NCBI RefSeq assembly: GCF_008831285.2
Contig: NC_045138.2
Coordinates: 21,018,001 to 21,082,000 of the forward strand
Length of the DNA stretch: 64,000 nt
Direction of reading: 5' to 3'
Source: Nymphaea colorata
Lineage: Eukaryota
Shown here piece by piece: positions 47,015 through 57,192 of this stretch (position 1 is its first letter; each line of letters begins with the position of its first letter). Below the pieces are notes generated by a model, which was not told the DNA's origin, made no database searches, and saw only the letters and a program-made list of their open reading frames with translations. Both the position numbers and the translations under genes were made by a program.

Positions 47015-50000
47015 CATAGAATGTTGTTGTGGTGGATGGCTAGTTAGGAAGTGCATGTGCAGCAGCCCCATTCCACTAAGTCATCAATTTGTAGAACAAA
47101 AGGGCAGCATTTGATACCTCAACTTTTATCAATAGCGCCGCAAATGGACCAGATATGGTACGAGGGTCATTCTTAGGCCACGTCATAACGGAATCTGACT
47201 CGGGCTCTAATGCTGTTCAGTTGTCTAATTCACTATAAGGACATAGATAGGTGGGGGCTCCGTGGGGGCATTAGAGCCATAAGCCCCTTATGTAAAAGCT
47301 TAAATTAGTGATTGACAGCTTAAAATAGTAGGTCCAGTCATATAGAACAGCCCCACGAGACCCCGATCACTATCCCATGGCCAATTGAAATATCAGTCAC
47401 TTAAAATTTCTTTAATTTTAAATAGACATTTTTAAACATTTATCCTCATATATATAAGTGTCCTAATAGATATAAGTATTTCTAAACAAGTGCTCCTCCA
47501 GCCAATTTTTCTGACTCCGTCATTGATCTCAAACATGATATCCAATGTCTAATGAAGAAAAAGGAGAAAAAAAAAACAAAAAAAAAATCTTAAAAGAATG
47601 AAAAGGACAAGGAAAATTTATCAAGCTGGGTAACCACAAAAACAAATGTGATGTGCACAATTCAATCAATTGGAACAAAGATGAAGAAACCAATGCTCCT
47701 ACCATCCATGTAGAGACAACACTACCGACACCATTGATGCGTTGACAAGAGAAAAAGAAGAGCCTGAGCATGAACCCAAAGTTGCCAAGCTGCCATTTTG
47801 GTGAAATATTTTGGATCTAGAAGGTTTCTGCCAACTATATCAATATGGTCCCTATAAAGAACATTTTTTTCCCACGTAAAAATTGAACTGGTTGTGAAAA
47901 ATCTGATCTAGACAACAATAGATATGATTTCATTTTGATTCTTAAAATTTCGGACATGAACATCACATTCATATGGTTAGCTTTTTATAAAGAAAATGCT
48001 TCAGCTATATAAGGTCCCACCGTATGGTTTTTTTTGTCAGGACAAAAATTGTAAACCAACAAGAGCCTTTCATCTAGTTGTTTGCGTACAATCATCAATA
48101 TACTCTAGCTTCTATCAAGACATAGTACAGTAATACCCTAGGGCCGAACACGTGTTCGGGTGCCCCAGGACCGAACACGTGTTTGGACTTGGCTTCTTAG
48201 ACATAGCACAGCAACACCCTCGGCTCGAACATATGTTCGAGCTTTCGCAGGGCCAACACGTGTTTGGCCACGAACACACAACCAGGCACCTCTAGAACCA
48301 CATGTGTGCCCAATCTGCTAGTAGACAAGAAACAGGTGGTGACCCAATCTCAATTCAGCAAGGACCATATTCCAAATCAAAAGAACAATAAGAGTTCACT
48401 GGGTGGAAAGGTAAAGACAAAAGATAGGGACAATTAAGTAAACCCAATTAGAGGGCATCTCTTAGAATTGTGGATGTACAATAAGTCGAGCCAACTTGGG
48501 CTTGATTCGAACTCACCCGTATAAGTTCGACTGGAACTCGACTCGTTTAATAAATGACACGAGTTAGAAACCAATTGAGTTACAGAAGCTCTACTTGTTT
48601 AAACTCAACTCAAATTTTAATACCTTTTTTGTACTTTTTCATTTTTATTTAAAGAAAAAAAATGTATGAATCAAGTGACATGAGCTTAAACAAGTCGAAC
48701 TCGAACTCAGACTCGGCTTTACCAATTTCATTGTACATTCCTACTCGAATGTTGTTGCGGTAGCTCAATATTGTACATCGCTACTTTGAATGTTGTTGTG
48801 GTAGATGGCTGGTTAGGAAGTGCATGTGCAGCAACCGGTCGATGGAGGTACCAAATGATTTATACACCAAAAAGACAGCATTTGATACGACAATGTTTAG
48901 CAGTAGGGCCCTGCAAATGGGCCACATCTGGTATGAAGGTTCTATCATTCTTCATCTGCATCATAACTGAATCTGACAGGGCATCTAATGCTGTTTCGCT
49001 GTCTAATTCATTAGTAGTGCTGCAAAACAGCCACCAGCTTAGTCACTCTCCAGACATGCCTGCCATGCTTTTTTTGCTTGTCAGTTGAAGTTCTCAGTTG
49101 CAAGTTCATCAACCAAGACAGTAATGTTACACCTGCTCTTAAGCTGCAAACAGAGAACTGCCATCTGCTTGATGAAGGAAGGAATTTAAATAGCATGCAT
49201 ATTATTAGCTTGACTTCCGGGAAATATGACTTCTAAGAAGAAGCCATTTGTTCATTCATTTATTATATGAAGAAACTGCACCCTGGTCGAAAGACTTGGT
49301 GGCTTACTTAAAATACTCCATGGATAGCCTATATTTCTCATTTGTGCAGAGAACAGACAGCCATAAAGGCTGAACTGTGACTGTTTATGCGAAACAGACG
49401 CTTGCTTGCAAGAGGGAAAGCAAATAACCCTTTCAAGTTAGGTGAGTGTGCTTTGTCAGTTTCCTGATGTGAAATGGGTGGTGTTAAAAATCATGAATCA
49501 AGGTCCAACCTTGTCATCTGCAACTCAGGTTTCTCAGTTTCATGATGTTCTTCTTGTAAAGCTAGGTTTCTCTTGGTGCTTCTTGCAACTCATAGTTCAT
49601 GTAAATACAATTTTCAAGTCCAATACCAGTTCTAGTGTTGAGACCAAGATTTCCTACCAGAAGTTGGAGATCAATAACCAGAGATCCATCATCTCTCACC
49701 AAATCTAGTAAATTGTCTAACTGATCCATGCCCAGGATGCATTTCTTGACACAATCGTGTGGCCAGTGTCTAAGCTGTAGATCCAAGCAGCGAAAAAGAG
49801 ATTCAGTATCTGGAGTAACTACAAGGATTCAGAGGATCAAAAGAACAGAAAGGGAAAGAAGAGGAAGGTAAATGGGATTCATTTAACTGAACACCACAAC
49901 AGCAAGCTTCATGAACGTAAAATAACAAGAAGCAATTCATGTACTAATAATGGGGAACCGAACACCGAGCGGGTGAAGAAAGCAAAAGGAAGAAAGGAAG

Positions 50001-50885
50001 AGGAACACACTTGAATGTCATGCTTTAAATCATGAGCCTTTCAGGACACTTCGTACTTTTCTTATAATTTTTCTTTTCCAGTTTCAACTTCAATGATCTT
50101 CGCTATTGCAATGATCATTAATATCATGATTTCATGGCGATCAGATTCTCACTTTCATTTGAGGAATGAAAACCTAAAACAGAATTGATGACAATACAGG
50201 TGTAAAGTGTGTTCACTGCAAAGCTCATCGCCAGAAACTGAACCTTTTTTCCCTCTCCCTTCCCTCCTTCACAGTCAAGCAAAACTTTGATGATTCCACC
50301 AAACACTTTTTCCTGTAATGCTGTGGTGGGCAGCCGCCGCAGCAACAGAAGCAGCTCGTCCCCCACCCTCTTGCTATTCCTAAGCCATGCGAAAATTCAT
50401 TTTCATAATCAAAGCTCCAAAAGGAACCTCCTCTCCTCTCGGTGCCTCCAGAAGCTAAGAGAGCAGCCGATCTGGAAAAGGTAGATAAGATTTCCACTTC
50501 TGTATCGAAGGGCCAGATTGCCTATGCCCACCTCTCTCTTTCTCTCCCTGAAACTTCGAATCGCATGAGAGAATCAGAGAAACCAACAATCAATCGAATC
50601 TCCTCTTTTTCAACATCATATGATACAATATAAGCAAATACTGGTTTTCTTCATAAGGGTGATTACAGCAAAACATAAACAAAATCTTTTTCTTTTTGGA
50701 CAACAGCCGACTCGGAGACCAAAGACTACCACTGTTCACTACATTACAACAGACCACAGATAAGACCACGAACAGAGAGGGTATCTATGTATCATCGTAA
50801 TTACCATCACCATGATTCGGTTCATCTATTTATGTACTCGGAAAACATAGCCATTAGATGACGGAGGAGATACAAAGGCCGGTAT

Positions 50886-53800
50886 CTACAGGAGCCGATC
50901 GGTCTGGGCGGGAAGCCGACGGAAGAAGTTGACAGGGACAGAGGGGAGCTTGCTCCGGAAGCGCGGGTGGCGCAAGAAATAGAGCCCCGCCAGCACGGCC
51001 ACCACCTGGAACGGCGTCACGTAGAGGAAGACTGCCATGCAGAGGCAGAGCACCACGAATATGGTGGTGGCGCGCGGGTCTCGCCAGCTGAGTATCCCCT
51101 GCAGGCGCTCCCCCTGAGTGGCCAGGTCCCCCACCACCGTCTGCACCCTCCCCGCGACGTTCCTCAGCCGGTCGTACCTCATCCTCACGATGTCCGGCGG
51201 CCGGCTCGTCGGGAACGTGTCAAACTCCTCGTCGAGCTCGTCCGGGTGGGCCCGCTCCGCCTGCGACAGCTTCGTGTCCATGTGTGGGGGTTTCCGCGGC
51301 CGGAACCGGTAGTTCCAGAGCCCGATCAGGAAGAGGTAGAGGAAGACCGTCGGCAGGATCAGCTCCGGGTAGCACACCAGTATGAGGAAGAGGACGTGGA
51401 CCAGAACGGTGGTCACCGGGTTCGTCCAGTTGCGGATGTCGTTGAACCACTTGCCGACGGCGAAGACCCCATGAAACAGCGACATTATCCGGTAGAAGTT
51501 CGCCTTGCTCCGCCGGAGGCTGAACATGTGCTGGTCGATGTCCAGCATGAAATCGACCGCCTCCTTGCGCAGCGGTGGCTCCGCCCGGCCAAGGCGCGCC
51601 GCAACGATCTGGATGGCATGGTGGCGGAGGAGATCCAGATGCATGACCGAGATGGGGTTGACGTAGTGCATCTTGGGCAGCAGCGGCTGGCTGTACATGT
51701 GCATCATGTTGATGAAGGACGAGCAGGTAAAGCGGACGGCAAGGTGGAGTTCGCCGGTCTTCTTGAGGCCGGAGGGGTGCAGAACAAGAAGAGGGTAGTA
51801 ATGGGTGTAGACGCGGTCAGTCTCCAGCGTCGACAGCCGGATGCGGACCTTGCCGATGCGCTGGTCCTTGGCGTCCTTGGCGTCGCCGAGCTGGGAGTTG
51901 TCGAAGACGCAGATGGTGATGACGGTGCAGGGGTCGTAGACCTCCCAGGTGTACTGCTCGTTCCAACTGGGGCAGAGGGAGTCGATGAGCGTCCGCGTCC
52001 GAACCCACTTCTGGCCGTACTTGGCGACGCAGTAGGCGTCGATGCTGCCGCGGCCGTTCTTCGTCTTCAACGGCAGGAGGTTCCGGGCGCCGAGGATCCC
52101 CACCTCCAGCACGCCGATGCTCTGCTTCCACAGCTGCCTAGCCGTCGGCCGGAGGTCACTGCTGTAGTATGTCGACTCATCCAGCACGTGATACCCGCCG
52201 TCGAGGCACACTCGGAGGTGGATCCGGCTCGCGAACTTCACCTCCTTCTTCTTCTCGCCGTTGGTTCCCTCCGGCGTCGCCACGGACGGTTTCTCGAGGT
52301 TGTACCACTTGGCGTCTACCATCTTGTTGTCGTTCCGGCGAGGCACCATGGACAGCGGCAGGATCAGGCGGCCGATGGTCTCCTCCTTGTTACCCCCAAT
52401 CCTGTCGTCCACGGAGATGACGAGGTGCTCCTCAAAGGGGTCCGCCGCCACGAAGAGGAGCTCCTCGTTCCAGAGCGGATTCACGGTGCGCATCTGGGAC
52501 GGGGAGGGCCTAGTCCGCCGCAGCTGTTGGCCCAGTTGGACCTTCACCCAGGCGTCGGGCATCCGCCCCTTCTCGCCGCCGGGCACCAGGTCCTGCGCCT
52601 CGATCACGCATACCCGGACGTAGCAGAGCTTGGGGGAGAAGTAGACCTTCGATTTGGTGTGGTGGATGGCGCCCGGAGGAACTGAGACCGCGTCGGAATG
52701 CCAGGCCTCCGGGTAGGCCTCGTCGGCCTGCGTCCCCCTCCAGACGGCCAACATGATCTCCCCTTTCACCTTGGACTCCCCCTTCTTGTCTTCCAACCGG
52801 TACCATTGCGGTGCCAGGGGGCTGTCCGGCGGCACCCTCACCGGGATCTCGCACAGGTCGAAGACCACCTTGCCGACGAAGTCGTCCTTCACCAAGTCCT
52901 TGTCCTTCACCGTGATTTCGAGCACGCTCGCCTGCAGCCGCTCCTTGGAGAAGGCGAACACCTGGTTCCACACCGGGTTCAGGGTCTTCTCGTGGTGCTT
53001 CGTGGTACCCTTGTAGTTGCCGAGCTTCACCTCCACGTAGGGGTCGCAGCTCCCACTGACGTCCATGGCGGGCAGGTCCTTCGCCTTCACCACGCTCACG
53101 TACAGGAACTCCAGCTGCTCCACCAGGTCGTAGGTGCTCGCCGTCTTGTCCCGCCGGTTGTAGTACCCGACCACCCCACCCAGCGGCGGCGACGTCTCCA
53201 CCAGACCGAACTCCGCCTCCTTGCGCTGCAACTGGTGGAGGGAAGCCGGGTGGGGAGCCACCACGATGGGCGGGGGTTGTGCCGGAGGGTGGGCGTGCAT
53301 CGAAAAGATCTGCTCGACGCGGGCCTGCTCCGGCTTCTTGTGCTCCACATGGGGCTTCCCCTTGCTCGATGTCTGCTTGTGGACTTCAGCGGCGGCCTTG
53401 GCTTCGGCCGCCGGCGGCGGGAGGTCGGAAAACTCCATGGCCTTCTCCTTATCCTTCTTCTTCTTCTTCTCCGCCTTCTGCTCCAGTTCCTCCGGCGCAG
53501 CGGCCGGAGGAACGGGAGCAGCAGGAGGAGGCTTGGGCACCGCGGCAGAACCTTCGTCGATGTACAAGTTGAGGGCGATTTCGCCCCGAATGTGGGAGAA
53601 AAGGCCGCGCTTGTCGAGGGGGAACCGCTGCGGGGCGGCGTCGGCGGCGCGAGGAACGGAGGAACCCGAGATCTTGACGCGGCCTAGGAAGTTCTTGTGG
53701 TGGCCGGGGGCACCGGACCTGCGATCATTGTAGACATCGACGACGATTGTCTGGCTTTGGAGGGCGTCGGGGTCGGTGACGTTAAACTCCAGTCTTTCGT

Positions 53801-53945
53801 TCCACACGGGGTTGAGGTCCCTCTCCCTGGTCGCCGTCCTCATCCGCTGCCCGTCGAAATCCACCTCCACGAAGGGGCTGGCCGACCCTTGCCCATCCTT
53901 CGGCATCAGGTCACTGGCATCCAGTATCTCCGCCACCAGCTTCAT
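50886..53945 (-). CDS. MCTP: Multiple C2 domain and transmembrane region protein (MCTP; FTIP/QUIRKY family), four C2 domains plus PRT_C, intronless, about 1019 aa
   Basis: Starts MKLVAEILDASDLMPKDGQGSASPFVEVDF at the ATG at 53945. Family motifs: STYDLVEQLEFLYVSVVKAKDLP, LAPQWYRLE, GGYHVLDES, LLPKMHY, HPDELDEEFDTFPTSR, GDLATQGER, NFFRRLP. By recall it is closest to Arabidopsis MCTP6. Confidence 0.96.
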   Translation of the reverse strand: MKLVAEILDASDLMPKDGQGSASPFVEVDFDGQRMRTATRERDLNPVWNERLEFNVTDPDALQSQTIVVDVYNDRRSGAPGHHKNFLGRVKISGSSVPRAADAAPQRFPLDKRGLFSHIRGEIALNLYIDEGSAAVPKPPPAAPVPPAAAPEELEQKAEKKKKKDKEKAMEFSDLPPPAAEAKAAAEVHKQTSSKGKPHVEHKKPEQARVEQIFSMHAHPPAQPPPIVVAPHPASLHQLQRKEAEFGLVETSPPLGGVVGYYNRRDKTASTYDLVEQLEFLYVSVVKAKDLPAMDVSGSCDPYVEVKLGNYKGTTKHHEKTLNPVWNQVFAFSKERLQASVLEITVKDKDLVKDDFVGKVVFDLCEIPVRVPPDSPLAPQWYRLEDKKGESKVKGEIMLAVWRGTQADEAYPEAWHSDAVSVPPGAIHHTKSKVYFSPKLCYVRVCVIEAQDLVPGGEKGRMPDAWVKVQLGQQLRRTRPSPSQMRTVNPLWNEELLFVAADPFEEHLVISVDDRIGGNKEETIGRLILPLSMVPRRNDNKMVDAKWYNLEKPSVATPEGTNGEKKKEVKFASRIHLRVCLDGGYHVLDESTYYSSDLRPTARQLWKQSIGVLEVGILGARNLLPLKTKNGRGSIDAYCVAKYGQKWVRTRTLIDSLCPSWNEQYTWEVYDPCTVITICVFDNSQLGDAKDAKDQRIGKVRIRLSTLETDRVYTHYYPLLVLHPSGLKKTGELHLAVRFTCSSFINMMHMYSQPLLPKMHYVNPISVMHLDLLRHHAIQIVAARLGRAEPPLRKEAVDFMLDIDQHMFSLRRSKANFYRIMSLFHGVFAVGKWFNDIRNWTNPVTTVLVHVLFLILVCYPELILPTVFLYLFLIGLWNYRFRPRKPPHMDTKLSQAERAHPDELDEEFDTFPTSRPPDIVRMRYDRLRNVAGRVQTVVGDLATQGERLQGILSWRDPRATTIFVVLCLCMAVFLYVTPFQVVAVLAGLYFLRHPRFRSKLPSVPVNFFRRLPAQTDRLL

Positions 53946-56944
53946 TTTTGCTTCCTCCCCAACTCCCCCCACTGATCTTCGCAACTCCCAACCTCAAAAG
54001 TAGTCGAAACAACAGAACCCCAAAATAACTCTTCTTCTTCTTCCACTGGTCTTTCCAACTCCCAACCTCGAGTATAAGAAACAAAAGAACCCCAAAATGA
54101 CACTTCTTTCTTCTTCTTCTTCTTCTTCTGGTTTCTAGCAGAGAAAGGGAGGAGAGAGGGTGAGGAAGGGAAGGAGAGAGAGAGATCAGTCTGGTTTTAT
54201 GTACTCTGCGCTTCTTTTTCCCCTTTTCTTCTTTTCACTTTTGGGATATTTGGGGTATCAGTATCATGGCTATAATTCACACAGAAGGGAGGGCGAGCGA
54301 AGAAGGCGGTAAAGGCTTTTTGAGGAGGTGGGTGGCTGAAGTGACGGAAACGGCCAAACGGGGATGAGTCAGGGTCGACAATGCAGCACCAAAATTACAG
54401 AAACAGCCTTCCTTTTTCCCTGCACTTTGTTTGATCTGATCCTTCCCTCTCCGTTCCCCGCAGGGGTCTAATCGGCACCGGCGGTGGTCCGTTCAGAACC
54501 CGCCGCGACCTCCGACTTCTCCCCAACCTCCTCCAAACGTACGTCCGTTGAGAGCAGCTCGCAAAGAAACCGGAAACTGAACGGAGCCATTGAATTCCGG
54601 TCACGGGATTCAACGAGACTGGACTCCCCGTCAAGCTCTGCTTTAAATGGAGTGCGGCATTCAAGAATCGAGAATCCCCACGTATCTTGTTTAACGTAGA
54701 CAAAGACGAAAGTTTCGGTAGCTAGATCTCGTTCTTTTCCTTTCATCAACAGAAAAAATCCGGATTTCGGAATGAGACGTGACCGCACCGATTTGACCTG
54801 TCGTTAACCAATTAAACACAGTTAAATTTTTTGAACAGTCTGAAAAATTTATGAATCCCTTGGGATAAAAATCTTCACCAATCCTAATCAAAATTCATCG
54901 GAATCGACGTTGGTATTGAGTGAAAGGACCAGACAAGCCTCCAAAGAAGAAATTTTAGAGAGAGATGACAGTGAATTGTGGCGGGAGAAGGAGAAAGAAA
55001 AACCCCTAAAAAGCAAATGCCCCTCTGGTTTTGTTTTTGTTCCCATATGGAGAAAGAGGGAGAGAGATCTCCTTTTTCTTCGCCTTTTCCTTTCCCGACG
55101 ACATTGATCATGCCCTCATTGAATTCTGCTTTTACTTATTTTGAAAACATTTTTTTTAAAATGTTCATTTCAAACACTGCTTTTTTCAACCCTTCACACA
55201 TAATCACATAAAACCATCTTTTTGAAAAAAAGCGAAAAAACAAGATAAATTGAATAATCGTTTAAAACTGAAAAAAAAAGTTTTAAAGTTTTAAAAAAAA
55301 GCGTGTTTTTAAGGTGGTTCTTTGTGTTTTCCACTTTTTTCAAATTTTTTAATGCCAAAGTTATTTTTTCTTATTTTTTTAGTTGTCTCAAATTTACTTA
55401 ATTTTTTACTTATTTTATTTTTAGTTTTTTAAATTTTTTAAAAATTTACCATATTTTTTTGTTTTTTTAAGCTGGCTATATTATATAAAAAAATTGAAAC
55501 TCCAAAAAATCATTTGAATATGCTTTTACAAAAAAAAAAGAAATAAAGAGCTTGCAAATTTGATTCGTGCCTCATAAAAAAAGCTGCCTTTCCACGGGAA
55601 AATACCCAAAATCTCACATTTTTACGAGAAAGGGGACGCGGTGCTTGTCAGCAAAAAGAACTCGTCCGTATAAAAAAATTCGGAAGCACGAGGCACCTTT
55701 TGGCAATTAAAGTCTAAAATTTGGCTCTCCGCAAAAGCTTTCTCTATTTTAATGGTATGGTATCAACGCCTGTACGGCCACGAGCCCACCTCTCTCGCTC
55801 CCCTTTTCGAACTTGTAATTTGGGCTCCATCGGGCGAGCCCACTTTCCCAAGCGGTTCGAACCAGGGCTTATTGGTCAACGCTCAGTCACGAGTCAACGC
55901 GGTTCAAACTTTGAAAAAGCTAGATCTGCTATCCTAGGTCCGCTTAAAGCCTTCAAATTCAAACACATCTTTAATTTTTTTTTTATGATTTAATCTTGTA
56001 AGTATGATCTTAAGAGCAATTTAGCGAGAAATTAGTCATTTTTTTACGTTAACAACGTTTTTCAATAATTCAAAAATCGTCGGCTCTTAGAATGCTCGAA
56101 AGATCAATATTTTTACAAAAAATAGCTTAAACTAAGCTTATATTAAACTAATATTTATAAACACATTAGGAGGTTCACATTTTATTTAAACTATTTTTAA
56201 CACAAATTTAAACGGTCTGGTTTTAGTCCCTTACACAAGTAGACAGGCATTTACCAATCACTCAATGAGCCTTCCTGTTGTGGAACATTTAAAAATTCAA
56301 ACTATTTACATAACGTTTTAACCGGTTAAATATTACTTATCTTTTTTATTATAACCGTCCAACCATGATTACACAATTAGAATTAGTATGCACGATTGTT
56401 CATATTCGAATATTAAAATTAATAAATCACCCAATTAGAATTTAATGAAAATTTAAAACATAGTGTTCCTTAACAAAAAATATGGCCCCAACATGCCTTT
56501 GATTAAAAAGAACATTATTTTCTTAAACCATATGTTTTTAAAATAATTGTTTAAAAGCACCATGCTCATGTTTATACAGATATGGTGTAATCATGAATAT
56601 TGTTTATAAATTTAACAGCTAAACAAAATAATCATGCAATATTTTTTAGAAGAAGAACATGGTATTATTAAGAAGTATATTATTCTTCTTATCAAACGCC
56701 TCTCGCATGCCACAGATCCATGGACATTTATAACGTAATGCCGACCTTGAATCCGAAGATGTAAGATCCACTGTTTGCTTTAGCTAACAGTGAATTTTAC
56801 CTAATGTGGATTTGCGATCAGCCGCAGATATGAGATATGAGGTTATCAAACATAGTCTTACTATTTGGATGGAGTGGAGGAACTGGATCGGAAAAAAGTG
56901 AGATTTTAGTTGTAAGATATCTAATGAAACATTTGGATGGAAGA

Positions 56945-57192
56945 AACAAAAGGAAATGAATAGGCGGAAAGGAAAAAGAATGAAGAGATAAAAGAAAACA
57001 CACACATATATATATATATATATACACACCAAAAGAAATGAACAGGGGAAAAGGAAATGAAAGGAAAAAGAATAAAGAGATAAAAGAAAACACAACGCAT
57101 ATATATATATATATATAAGAAGAAATGAATAGGTGAAAAGGAAATGAAAGGAAGAACGAAGAGATAAAAGAAAACACACACACATATATACA
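56945..57192. repeat. Compound minisatellite, about 3 units of 85-90 bp each ending in a CA/TA microsatellite
   Basis: GAAATGAA.AGG.GAAAAGGAAATGAAAGGAA.A...AGAGATAAAAGAAAACACA followed by (TA)n, repeated three times with divergence. Confidence 0.8.

Larger units (their letters stand above)
44983..49012 (+). repeat. Old direct tandem duplication (unit A about 44983-47235, unit B about 47530-49012)
   Basis: Collinear shared blocks include AAACATGATATC, AAGTTGCCAAGCTGC.ATTTTGGTGAAATATTTTGGATCTAGAAG, CATAGTA.AGTAATACCCT, GGTGACCCAATCTCAATT.AGCAAG, GTTAGGAAGTGCATGTGCAGCA and TCTAATGCTGTT....TGTCTAATTCA. Confidence 0.88.

Noticed and set aside
50967..53687. Long plus-strand ORFs of 572 aa and 329 aa
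   Set aside because: They are antisense shadows of the GC3-rich MCTP CDS, where reverse-strand stops are rare. No recognisable domain.
53946..53984. N-terminal extension MRRSVGGVGEEAK in the ORF track for MCTP
   Set aside because: It starts at a TTG codon. The ATG at 53945 coincides with the start of the first C2 domain.
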